IMG/VR virus record: IMGVR_UViG_3300028591_000106
Coordinates: 82,597-146,596 of that record
Strand: one strand, 5' to 3'
DNA length: 64,000 nucleotides
DNA from: a virus
Lineage: Duplodnaviria; Caudoviricetes
The notes below the pieces were generated by a model. That model made no database searches, was not told the origin of the DNA, and was given only the letters and a program-made list of their open reading frames with translations. Numbering within the stretch: position 1 is the first letter of the stretch; every line of letters starts with the position of its first letter. Shown here in pieces: positions 35,162 through 43,997 of the stretch. The position numbers and the translations under genes were made by a program.

Positions 35162-36153
35162 AATATGTAAATAAGATAGAGAAATGTGTTGCTACAAATA
35201 GTTTTATTGTTGGTGTAGGTAATGATAAAGAATGGAATAGTGTTACCTATATTGATCCAATAACTATGTAGCCTTTTAATCCAGCGCACACGATTAAAGC
35301 AGGAGACTTGTATTACAGGTTTACAAAAGTTAAAGGAACAGAAGATTTGAATGGAGTAGCTTTTGCTACTGCAAGGGAAGGAAATGAGCCGCCAATGGCA
35401 CAAAGAAGATTTGCAGATTTTACTTATAGTTCGCCAACGCCAGACTTTAGTTTAGTTCAGGCGGCAGTTGATAAGTATGTTGATAAGTACGAAGAGGAGG
35501 AATCTATTATGGATCTTGGTAATGGTGTTTTGAAGGGTATGTTCGGTCGTCTTGGTAATGGTATGTGCCGTCTGACTATGGATGGACAGATTGCAGTTAA
35601 GGCGGGCGATCAGTATAAGTATTACGATAAGAATACGGGAAGCTTTATCAATACTGATAATTTTGTTTTCCCTGATCTTGGTATGGATATGTTCTTTGTC
35701 ATTCCTACCAATGCGGTTGCCGAAGGTGATATTATCATCGCCAATGGAGTGCCTAAGTATGTTCTTAGCGTCGATCCAACCGGTAAGAATATTACTGTTC
35801 TGAATTATATCGGCGGTATCATCGAGACTATCATGCCTGAGCGTCACATTTTCATGGGCAATATTTACTTCTATGGTAAGGTTGTTAGCCTGTTCAATGG
35901 TCAGCTCAACGGTGCTAATGGCGCCAATAACATCATGAAGTTCTATATGATGAGCGAAATGATGAAGGGTATGACCGGCGGTAGAAATGGTGGCGATATG
36001 AATCCATTTGTTATGATGGCTCTTATGGGCGGCGGCATGAATGGTATGGGCAATATGTTTGACAATCTTTTTGCCAACGCAGCTCCTGCGGCTCCTGCAA
36101 CTCCCGCAGCTCCTATGACGACTAATCCCACTGTGGCTAAGGAGGCAGAGTAA
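35158..36153 (+). CDS. hypothetical protein with Met/Gly-rich C-terminus (1 TAG; alternative start 35509)
   Basis: ATGA-coupled start; MNPFVMMALM tail; precedes the vWA gene. Confidence 0.75.
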
Positions 36154-37040
36154 TGGGCGGAGGAAGCTGGACAAGTAAGGATTTTGCTACCTACTCTACT
36201 ACGAGAGGTTTAAGTTATGACGCATCCACGGGAGCAATCGACTCCCGTGGACTAACCGCGCAGGATATGTATAGGTCTACACATCTGGATGACTCTCTCA
36301 ATCCCCATCTCGTTATTCGTGAGTGTTGCGACTCTGAAGAGCATCCTAATACTATTCCTGTAATTTTGGCTCTGGATGTAACTGGATCTATGGGAGCAAC
36401 TGCGGTTGAAGTAGCATCTAAGCTAAATGTTCTTATGACCAATCTCTATGAGAAGATTCAAGATGTTGAATTTATGATTATGGGCATTGGAGACTTCTAC
36501 TGCGACGATGCCCCACTTCAGGTATCTCAGTTTGAATCCGATATTCGTATCGCAGAGCAGCTCGATAAGGTTTGGTTTGAAGGCGGCGGCGGCGGTAATG
36601 GTTTTGAATCTTATACTGCGGCATGGGCTTTTGCAAATGATCGAACCAAGCTTGACTGCTGGAATAGGGGTAAGAAAGGCTTGCTAATTACTATCGGTGA
36701 CGAGCCAATCAACCCTTATATTGACAAGGATAGGTGGAGACATACAGTTGACGAGACCGAGCTGTCTCTTGAAACAAAGGATCTTTATGATCAGGTCACC
36801 ACGAAGTATGATGTATACCATATCCATGTTAAGCATGGCGGCAATTATTATGGCAATGTTGCAGTTCCTTCTTTTGCAAAGGTAATTGGAGAGAGCAATG
36901 TAAAGGTTGCTAGTGTCGATTCTATTGTTCAGACTATTACTGACATTGTTTGTAATCATGCTCAGTCTTCTGCTACTACTACTGCTACCGATCTGGCGGC
37001 GGAAACTAAGTTCAATGAAGACGGAGATATCGTCTGGTAA
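36153..37040 (+). CDS. vWA (MIDAS) domain protein
   Basis: DVTGSMG, QFESD, GGGGGN..ESY, TIGDE. Confidence 0.85.
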   Translation: MGGGSWTSKDFATYSTTRGLSYDASTGAIDSRGLTAQDMYRSTHLDDSLNPHLVIRECCDSEEHPNTIPVILALDVTGSMGATAVEVASKLNVLMTNLYEKIQDVEFMIMGIGDFYCDDAPLQVSQFESDIRIAEQLDKVWFEGGGGGNGFESYTAAWAFANDRTKLDCWNRGKKGLLITIGDEPINPYIDKDRWRHTVDETELSLETKDLYDQVTTKYDVYHIHVKHGGNYYGNVAVPSFAKVIGESNVKVASVDSIVQTITDIVCNHAQSSATTTATDLAAETKFNEDGDIVW

Positions 37041-37050
37041 GGAGTAACAA

Positions 37051-38229
37051 ATGTTTTATATTGTGACGGGAGCAAATTATGGAGACGAGGGAAAAGGTCT
37101 TGTGACTAATGCTTTTGCAAGTGAAGACTGCCTTGTCGTATTGAGCACTGGATCGTCTCAGCGCGCTCATACTGTTGTACATGACGGGAAGAGAATTGTC
37201 TTTCGTCACTTTGGTAGCGGCACTCTTAAGGGTGCCGCGACCTATTTTGCGAAGGATTTTCTTGTAAACCCTGCTATGTTTAGACAGGAGTATCTGAAGT
37301 TAGAAGCTATGGGTATTACGCCCGTAGTTTATATGCATGAAGATTGTGCATTCGTAACTCCAGTAGATATGTTCGCAAGTATAAATATTGAATCAAGACG
37401 CGAAAATCGTCATGGTACTACTGGATGCGGCGTTTGGGAAGCTATTCGCCGTGGCAAATATGTTGGAGAAATTACTGAAGCTCGTAGAGTAGAAGATGTC
37501 GGATGTATTGACAGTGATTTGATTAAATACTATGAACATCGTCTTGCAGGCATTGAAGATGAAATTCCGCAGGTTGCACTAGACTTTTTGCACGGTCCAG
37601 CATTAGCACACAATTTTAGACAAGATGTAGAATTCATGTTGGATCATATCAAACTTATTCGTTACGATGAAGAAAAGTCATTCCTTCATAAATGGAAAGA
37701 TATTATCTTTGAAAATGGTCAGGGACTACTTCTCGACACAGATTATGTAGGGGAAAGTATATATACTACACCTTGCCATGTTGGTGCGCGTATTCCTGCA
37801 AGAATTATCTTTGAGAATTTTGCAGGCGAAAATCCACAGGTGGAGTCTATCTATGTAACGAGGACCTATCTTACTCGTCATGGCGCAGGTGATTTTGCTA
37901 ATGGTAGTGCAGGTACAACTCTGTATAGCAATCTTTCTCCATATATGACGGAAGATAAGACTAATGTTCCTAATTTTGGTCAAGGTTCTATCCGTTACGA
38001 AGCTTTTGATAATGCAGCAGGTCATGATTTAGTTCGTCGTATTAACGATGATACTAATATTCTTCGCAGCTATGGCATTGATGCATCAATTTCTCTTGCT
38101 GTAACTCATACAAATGAATTTGCATTAGAGAATTTGACACAGCAAATGATATTTAGCAATCCTTATCATTATAAATATAGATTATATACATCTGATAATG
38201 AGGCTACACTCAATTTAGAAGGGGAATAA
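37051..38229 (+). CDS. divergent adenylosuccinate synthetase-like protein
   Basis: GANYGDEGKG, AHTV, HGTTGCG, FENGQGLLLD, TRTYLTRHGAG. Confidence 0.85.
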   Translation: MFYIVTGANYGDEGKGLVTNAFASEDCLVVLSTGSSQRAHTVVHDGKRIVFRHFGSGTLKGAATYFAKDFLVNPAMFRQEYLKLEAMGITPVVYMHEDCAFVTPVDMFASINIESRRENRHGTTGCGVWEAIRRGKYVGEITEARRVEDVGCIDSDLIKYYEHRLAGIEDEIPQVALDFLHGPALAHNFRQDVEFMLDHIKLIRYDEEKSFLHKWKDIIFENGQGLLLDTDYVGESIYTTPCHVGARIPARIIFENFAGENPQVESIYVTRTYLTRHGAGDFANGSAGTTLYSNLSPYMTEDKTNVPNFGQGSIRYEAFDNAAGHDLVRRINDDTNILRSYGIDASISLAVTHTNEFALENLTQQMIFSNPYHYKYRLYTSDNEATLNLEGE

Positions 38230-38230
38230 A

Positions 38231-38407
38231 ATGGGTATACTTATAATTCTTTTTATTGTTGTTGTTGCAGTAGCTATATCTTTTTTCATTGCAGCTAGTA
38301 AAAAGTACGATAAGGATGATAAGTTTTCTGCTATTTATTGGGCGGCACTAGGTGGATTCTGGATAAGTATAGCTATTGACATCTTTAAGGCATTTTTTAA
38401 GGAGTAA
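38231..38407 (+). CDS. small two-TM protein
   Basis: 58-aa hydrophobic ORF. Confidence 0.5.
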   Translation: MGILIILFIVVVAVAISFFIAASKKYDKDDKFSAIYWAALGGFWISIAIDIFKAFFKE

Positions 38408-38418
38408 CTATTAAAAAT

Positions 38419-38447
38419 TTGACTTTCTAAAAAAAATATGCTATAAT
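38419..38447 (+). promoter_or_regulatory. sigmaA-type promoter
   Basis: TTGACT-N17-TATAAT. Confidence 0.8.
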
Positions 38448-38479
38448 TATTATAGAAAAGTTGAGAAAGGAGCAGAGAT

Positions 38480-39400
38480 ATGACGGAATTTTATATGATG
38501 ATCGGAATTGCAGGTTCTGGTAAGTCTTTCATTGCAGAGAAGTATGCTCGTTTGCATAATGCTGTTATTGTATCTTCTGATGCAATTCGTGGTGAACTTT
38601 TTGGTGATGAGAATGACCAGACGCATAATGCCGAAGTTTTCGAGGAGGTTCATCGTCGTATTCTGAACGCTCTTAAGGCAGGACAGAACGCGATTTATGA
38701 TGCAACGAATCTTTCTGCAAAGCGCCGCAAGGCATTTTTAACGCAGATCCCTGCTGATGTGGAGAAGATCGCTGTGGTTATTGCTACGGATCTCGATGTT
38801 GCTCTGCGTCAGAATGCAAGCCGTGATCGTCAGGTCCCGCCTGATGTTATCAAGACGATGCTTCTGCGCCTTCAGATGCCTCGTATCAGCGAGGGTTGGA
38901 ATGGTATTGACTACATTTCTAACCCTAACAACAAGAGTGATATTCTTTCTGTCATTAAGCCTTGCGTGGGCTTCGATCAGGATAACCCTCATCACTCTGC
39001 TGAGCTGTTTGACCATATGCAGCAGGCGGCGCAGTATGTCACGATTCATGCTCATGAGTATGGATTCAGTGGTATGGATGAAGCAGAAGTCTATATTGCT
39101 GCACTTATCCATGACATCGGTAAGCCTATTTGTAAGACATATAAGCTGTGGAGTGGAAAGATCGACGATCATGCACATTACTACGGTCATGCCGATGTTG
39201 GTGCATATATGGTCGCTTGCTTACTTCGCACTGTTCCTGCAGAGGATTACGGTCGTTGGATGACGATTCTTGAGCTGATTCAGTATCATATGGACTGCTA
39301 TGCAAGTGACGACTGGCTTGAAAAAATTGATCGTGAAAAGGGTAAGGTTTTCCGTGATAAGATTGCTTTACTTCACGAGGGGGATAAGAATGGACACTGA
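38480..39400 (+). CDS. polynucleotide kinase (P-loop) fused to an HD phosphohydrolase
   Basis: GIAGSGKS, SSDAIR, DATN, NASRDRQVP; HH..H, IHDIGKP, HYYGH, YHM. Confidence 0.88.
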   Translation: MTEFYMMIGIAGSGKSFIAEKYARLHNAVIVSSDAIRGELFGDENDQTHNAEVFEEVHRRILNALKAGQNAIYDATNLSAKRRKAFLTQIPADVEKIAVVIATDLDVALRQNASRDRQVPPDVIKTMLLRLQMPRISEGWNGIDYISNPNNKSDILSVIKPCVGFDQDNPHHSAELFDHMQQAAQYVTIHAHEYGFSGMDEAEVYIAALIHDIGKPICKTYKLWSGKIDDHAHYYGHADVGAYMVACLLRTVPAEDYGRWMTILELIQYHMDCYASDDWLEKIDREKGKVFRDKIALLHEGDKNGH

Positions 39401-39704
39401 AAAGAAATATGCGGTTATTACCTATTTTATCGGTAATGATATCGGTAACGGGGTTAAAGTCGAAGTAGTCGAGCATCTTGGCAAACTACTAACTTGTACT
39501 ATTTGCGACACTCCAATGGGCGCTATCAAAGAATTTGAGTCACAAGTTAATACGCTTTGTTGGAATAAGTGTCTTACTGACTGTATGAAGTCGTATTATA
39601 GAGGCTCAGACAATGTTTGTAGAGATATATTTCTCTATACCGAAGGTGACGATGGTGTTGTTTCACTGTGCCGTGTAGCTATTGTATTGGCAGGTGAATA
39701 TTAA
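39390..39704 (+). CDS. hypothetical protein
   Basis: SD GAGGGG before ATG 39390. Confidence 0.6.
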   Translation: MDTEKKYAVITYFIGNDIGNGVKVEVVEHLGKLLTCTICDTPMGAIKEFESQVNTLCWNKCLTDCMKSYYRGSDNVCRDIFLYTEGDDGVVSLCRVAIVLAGEY

Positions 39705-39892
39705 TGGATCTCACCCTTGAAGAGCTTCAGCTCATTCCCAAAGATGTTTCGCCGCATTAGTTTGAAGAAATCGGTGTCTATAAAAATGTAACTGTTCAAG
39801 TTTTAAGATGTCCCCATTGCGGCGAATTAAGTGTGGGGTGGATTAAACAGCCAGACACTGAAGTCATTTACGAAAAGGAGGAAGAACAATGA
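39704..39892 (+). CDS. small CxxC protein (1 TAG)
   Basis: Coupled at both ends; RCPHCGE. Confidence 0.6.
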
Positions 39893-40284
39893 CATAGGTA
39901 TATATCCTAGCTGGTGTAGCCGCAGCTCTTTTAGTCGCCGGTATTATTGTTGGCAAAGTCGGATCAAATAGGTGTAAGACTGCACTTATTGCTCTGGGCT
40001 TTGTTTTAGGTTTTGCAGGCGTGATTACAGGATTCTTCGGCTATGAAACTTACATCATGCAACCCGTTGAATATTCAATTACAAATTGCCGCGAGGTCGA
40101 GGGCGGATATAAGCTTACCCTTGAAGGATCAATGAAGGGTTTTACTGGCGGCACAGTTTTTGTTACTGTTGATGAAGCAAAATCACTTAATCTTTTGGAA
40201 TGTGATGAAGAAGGTAATTGGAAATGGGTTGGCGGTAAGATCAACGAATCAAGAAATTGGATTTCAGATCACCGCGACAATTAA
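39889..40284 (+). CDS. membrane protein (TAG at codon 3)
   Basis: GGAGG SD, two TM segments, in frame with ORF 40021-40284. Confidence 0.65.
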
Positions 40285-40288
40285 AAAT

Positions 40289-40317
40289 TTGACTTTTTTA
40301 GAAAATTATGATATAAT
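40289..40317 (+). promoter_or_regulatory. sigmaA-type promoter for the ncRNA/tRNA/Ro60-like unit
   Basis: TTGACT-N17-TATAAT. Confidence 0.8.
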
Positions 40318-40353
40318 TATTATATAAGGTTGAGAGAGATCTCACTTATATTT

Positions 40354-40587
40354 ACGGCAGGATAACAGCAATCTATAAAATACAAATTTTATAATAGAGT
40401 ATTGCTAAAATTTTTCTAACCTATTGGGCGCCGAAGAGCCACGGTTAGCGTCGCAGACTACGCAAGTTTGCCGTGGGCTACCCACGAGAGGGGTGGCAGC
40501 AATGATTGCTAAAAGTCATCGGACTAATCGCTACTGCGTGAAAGAGCGATGTAGGGAGACTAAACCTGAAACAAAATTTCCTGTCGT
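40354..40587 (+). ncRNA. putative Y-like RNA 1 (234 nt, multi-hairpin cargo)
   Basis: Terminal stem ACGGCAGGA/TCCTGTCGT followed by TAACAGCAA; GC-rich interior with GNRA-capped hairpins. Confidence 0.6.
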
Positions 40588-40594
40588 GTTATTT

Positions 40595-40668
40595 GCCCGC
40601 GTAGCAGAATTGGCATATGCGTCCGACTCAAAATCGGAAGTTTGTGGGTTCAACTCCCACCGTGGGCA
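40595..40668 (+). tRNA. tRNA-Leu(CAA), short variable loop
   Basis: Cloverleaf; TCCGA-CTCAAAA-TCGGA anticodon arm; GTTCAAC T-loop. Confidence 0.88.
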
Positions 40669-40671
40669 CTC

Positions 40672-40727
40672 AGTCACCAACAGCTAAAACATATTATTAA
40701 AACTTCCAATTTTAAGAATAGGTGACT
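40672..40727 (+). ncRNA. putative Y-like RNA 2 carrying an anticodon stem-loop
   Basis: Stem AGTCACC/GGTGACT, then AACAGCTAA; inner TTAAAA-CTTCCAA-TTTTAA. Confidence 0.6.
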
Positions 40728-40733
40728 AGTCTT

Positions 40734-40786
40734 AGATTCATACAGCAACTCATATTATTTTAATTGGGTAGAATTAAATTGAATCT
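40734..40786 (+). ncRNA. putative Y-like RNA 3
   Basis: Stem AGATTCA/TGAATCT, then TACAGCAA; CATATTATT shared with RNA 2; inner TTTAATT-GGGTAG-AATTAAA. Confidence 0.6.
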
Positions 40787-40804
40787 TGTAAGGAGGAAAA
40801 AGGA

Positions 40805-42277
40805 ATGAATTTTACAGATGCTATGAGAGGCGCAGCTAACCACACTCTTACTGAGAATGGTGCGGCTGTCTATAAGACCACCGGCAATGCAGTCCTTGAC
40901 CTATTTGCCAGAATTGGTGGTATGCGTAATGCAGATCCTCGTGAAGTTGAAGCAGCTTGGCTTCGTGCCCGCGACTTCGATAAGGAGCTTGCAGATAATC
41001 TGATTCTTTATACCCGTAACATTCGTGAGGGCGGTCTCGGTGAGCGTAAGCTCGGTCAGATTATGCTTAAGCTGCTTGCTTTGAAGGATCCTTCTAAGGT
41101 TGCAAGAAACCTCGACACCATTGTCGCGGCTGGTCGTTATGATGACCTGTTTGTACTTCAGGGTACTAAGGTCGAGACCAGTATGATGGAGTACCTGCGT
41201 GCGCAGTTCCGTCAGGACATTGTTGACATGGGGCAGGGCAAGCCTATTTCCCTTCTGGCAAAGTGGCTGCCTTCTTGCAACGCAAGTTCTAAGGAGACTC
41301 GTAAGCTGGCTCGTAAGATGTATGTCTATTTTGGCATCTCTGAGCGCACTTACCGTAAGACTCTTTCTGCTCTGAGAAGCCATCTCGATGTTGTCGAGAA
41401 GAAGATGTCTGCTCAGGAGTTCGACGAAATTGACTATCAGAAGGTTCCTTCTGTAGCCATGACTCGTTACCGCTCTGCTTTCGGTCGTCATGACTTCGAG
41501 CGTTTTGGTGAATATCTTAATGCGGTAAAGAAGGGTGATGCAAAGATCAATGCATCTGTCACCTACCCTTACGAGCTTATTCGCCCTTACATCCTCGGCA
41601 GAAGGGGCTGGGGTTGCCGTACAGCAGCAGCTCTTGATCCTGTTCTTGAGGCACAGTGGAAGGCTCTTCCTAACTATGTCGAGGGCAACCATAATGTTAT
41701 CGTCATGTGCGATACTTCTGGTTCTATGACCTGCGACAACTGCAAGCCTCTTGCAACTTCTGTTTCTCTTGGCATTTACTTTGCGGAGAGAAATACTGGT
41801 GCTTATCAGAACCTCGTTATGAGCTTCTCTCAGTCTCCTGTTTTCTATGAACTGAATCCTCATGATTCTGTTCTTAACAGAACAAATGAGATCCTTCGTC
41901 ACGATCAACTGAACACCAACCTCGACGCAGCTCTTGATGCGGTATACCGTCTTGCAGTTAAGAGTGGAGACGCTCCTTCTGCACTCGTCATCATCTCTGA
42001 TGGTGAGATTGACAGCTACCGTTACCAGAATGCTGCTGACATCGTTGAGAAGTGGCAGGCGATTTATGCAGGAAGCGGTATGGTCGCTCCTAAGCTTATC
42101 ATGTGGAATGTTGAGTCTCGTGGCTCTCGTTACATTGGTAAGAAGGAGAACCCCGGCATTGCATACATCTCTGGTTCTTCTGCTTCTAGCTTCAAGGAGC
42201 TGGCAACGCTGATCTCTATGGATGCAGTTACCGCAATGACTCGTATCCTGACCAAGCCTCAGTTCCAGTGGAAGTAA
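40805..42277 (+). CDS. Ro60/TROVE-related protein (DUF2828-type helical domain + vWA)
   Basis: TENGA..Y.TTG..VLDLF, RNIREGGLGER, GRYDDL, AKWLPS, YRKTLS, VVEKKM, VPSVAM; MIDAS DTSGSM, ISDGEID, WNV. Confidence 0.85.
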   Translation: MNFTDAMRGAANHTLTENGAAVYKTTGNAVLDLFARIGGMRNADPREVEAAWLRARDFDKELADNLILYTRNIREGGLGERKLGQIMLKLLALKDPSKVARNLDTIVAAGRYDDLFVLQGTKVETSMMEYLRAQFRQDIVDMGQGKPISLLAKWLPSCNASSKETRKLARKMYVYFGISERTYRKTLSALRSHLDVVEKKMSAQEFDEIDYQKVPSVAMTRYRSAFGRHDFERFGEYLNAVKKGDAKINASVTYPYELIRPYILGRRGWGCRTAAALDPVLEAQWKALPNYVEGNHNVIVMCDTSGSMTCDNCKPLATSVSLGIYFAERNTGAYQNLVMSFSQSPVFYELNPHDSVLNRTNEILRHDQLNTNLDAALDAVYRLAVKSGDAPSALVIISDGEIDSYRYQNAADIVEKWQAIYAGSGMVAPKLIMWNVESRGSRYIGKKENPGIAYISGSSASSFKELATLISMDAVTAMTRILTKPQFQWK

Positions 42278-42279
42278 TC

Positions 42280-42318
42280 TAATATTATGGGGGCGGTTAA
42301 TTCCGCCCCATAATATTA
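42280..42318. terminator. long hairpin, likely terminator
   Basis: TAATATTATGGGGGCGG / CCGCCCCATAATATTA inverted repeat. Confidence 0.7.
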
Positions 42319-42394
42319 GAGTATGGCGGCGAAATAAATACATATATTATGCGGGAGAAATCCTAGCTCAATAGATTATAGGAGTGTAAAGAAA

Positions 42395-42784
42395 ATGGCT
42401 ACTATGTATAAGTGTCCTGTATGCGGCAAGCAGTATACTGATCTTACTAAGCTTGCTGATTGTGTCAAGGCTGACGATGCAGCTATGAAAAAGGTTAAGA
42501 ATGATGAAAAGAATAGATATGCCAAGCTACTTGCTGCAGCTCGTGCTGATGTAAGAATGGCAGAAGATAAGCTCAGACAGAGCGTTAATGCTTACAATAT
42601 GGTTGCCAATGATGCGGCAAAGAAAACTGGTGAGACCTATACTTCTTTGGAGTTCAAGGGTGTAGCTGCAGTAGCTCCAACAGCTTCAAATAAGTATGCT
42701 TTTACTAAAGAGGCTGATGAAAAGGCTCTCGACAAGGCAGCAACTGATTTGGCAAATATTATTTTCCAGACACTTGGTATTTAA
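42395..42784 (+). CDS. protein with N-terminal zinc finger and coiled coil
   Basis: YKCPVCGKQY. Confidence 0.7.
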   Translation: MATMYKCPVCGKQYTDLTKLADCVKADDAAMKKVKNDEKNRYAKLLAAARADVRMAEDKLRQSVNAYNMVANDAAKKTGETYTSLEFKGVAAVAPTASNKYAFTKEADEKALDKAATDLANIIFQTLGI

Positions 42785-42960
42785 TGGGGGAGTCAACTTT
42801 GGGGCGCAAGTTTATTCCAAATCTCCCTCAAGGAGATAAATTTTCTAAAGATACCGAGCGTGAAAATGAACGCAAGCGCGCACAAAAGCGTAGGGAAAAT
42901 AGAAAGAAAGATCGCCGTAGAGATGACTATTATGACGACGACGATGAAGATTACGAATAA
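42784..42960 (+). CDS. small charged protein
   Basis: 58 aa, TAATG-coupled, basic then acidic tail. Confidence 0.45.
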   Translation: MGESTLGRKFIPNLPQGDKFSKDTERENERKRAQKRRENRKKDRRRDDYYDDDDEDYE

Positions 42961-42967
42961 CATCATA

Positions 42968-42999
42968 GGGCTAGGTCTATTTTGATCTAGCCCGTTTTT
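42968..42999 (+). terminator. intrinsic terminator
   Basis: GGGCTAGGTC/GATCTAGCCC plus T tract. Confidence 0.75.
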
Positions 43000-43016
43000 G
43001 GTTTGGGAGGGGTTTA

Positions 43017-43244
43017 ATGATTACTTTTCTTTCAGCTCTTGGAGCATTACTTAGTCTGGGCGGCAATATAGCTATTGCAAAGAAAAAGAAAATTGGTTGG
43101 CTTATTTGGATTGCAGGTAATATTGCTTGGATCATAGTTAATCTTTTGGGAGAGTTTAATTTGTCTATGGTTTTAATGTATGTAGCTTATCTCGGCATTA
43201 ACATTAAAGGCTTTATTGACTGGAATAAAGAAGGAAAAACTTGA
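43017..43244 (+). CDS. short PnuC-like three-TM transporter unit
   Basis: GWLIWIAGNIAW and Y....IKGFIDW resemble the PnuC C-terminal repeat. Confidence 0.6.
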   Translation: MITFLSALGALLSLGGNIAIAKKKKIGWLIWIAGNIAWIIVNLLGEFNLSMVLMYVAYLGINIKGFIDWNKEGKT

Positions 43245-43269
43245 CTTTTTTCATATTATATGATATAAT
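43241..43269 (+). promoter_or_regulatory. sigmaA-type promoter
   Basis: TTGACT-N17-TATAAT. Confidence 0.8.
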
Positions 43270-43300
43270 TATAATATAAAGATAAAAAGGAGAGGTAAGA

Positions 43301-43993
43301 ATGCACGAGGTTAAGGACAAGACCATTTATTTCTTTGTTGATCGCAACAAAGGTAAGACATATTGTATCGGTGACTTCGACAAACTTATTGCTTTTCTTG
43401 CTGAGCGCATTCATTTCGAGAATCGTAAAGATTATGTAACTCAGCGTTTTGATAAGTGTGACTTCATTTATGATAATTGGGATTTCTCCGGTGGCGATGT
43501 CCATTGGGTTACAGACTACAAGCTCGTTTGGGAGCGTTACTTTGATTGGCGTATTGAGAAGTTTGTATCTGGTTGGCATCATAAGAAGGTTGATTATCTT
43601 GCCGCCCGTCCTTATATGATTATTGATGATCGCGGCGGCACTATTGATTTCCGTATCTGGGAGTCACTTATCAATGCAGCTCGTGATAAAATGGTAAGTG
43701 GACATCTTTGGGGGACAACTGCTGATGCCAAGTATGGCGAGCAGTTTGTTCGTTATCGCTATTCTAAGGAAACTTATCGCTTCCGTTGCGGTCCTGTCCC
43801 CGGAGTTCACAAGTATTCCTGCTATGGTAGCCGTCCTCATAAGGGGCTTCTGAATACTATTCGTAATGCAGATTCTATTCGTCCCAAGGCAAGAATTGAT
43901 ACGGATTATTGGGATGATTTTTCACATACAGATAGATGCTGGAAAACTAACAGCAAGTGCCGTTATCAGTGGCAGAAAAATTTGAAAGGGTGA
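43301..43993 (+). CDS. hypothetical protein
   Basis: 230 aa; FRCGPVPG and CWK..SKCRYQW motifs. Confidence 0.75.
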   Translation: MHEVKDKTIYFFVDRNKGKTYCIGDFDKLIAFLAERIHFENRKDYVTQRFDKCDFIYDNWDFSGGDVHWVTDYKLVWERYFDWRIEKFVSGWHHKKVDYLAARPYMIIDDRGGTIDFRIWESLINAARDKMVSGHLWGTTADAKYGEQFVRYRYSKETYRFRCGPVPGVHKYSCYGSRPHKGLLNTIRNADSIRPKARIDTDYWDDFSHTDRCWKTNSKCRYQWQKNLKG

Positions 43994-43997
43994 AATA

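Noticed and set aside
37051-38229. PurZ (2-aminoadenine DNA pathway)
   Set aside because: It keeps the PurA Asp in GDEGKG, where PurZ has Ser, and no DatZ/MazZ neighbours were recognised.
40425-40572. Hammerhead ribozyme or raiA motif in RNA1
   Set aside because: CCGAAGAG and GAAAC resemble hammerhead cores but the CUGA and stem order are missing; only short words resemble raiA.
40424-40687. 87-aa ORF in the ORF track
   Set aside because: TTG start without SD, and it runs through tRNA-Leu; an RNA explanation is better.
40901-42343. Long minus-strand ORFs (also 30815-31678, 32447-33520, 35452-36174, 55790-56875)
   Set aside because: Antisense shadows of well-supported plus-strand genes with biased codon use; no SD or motifs.
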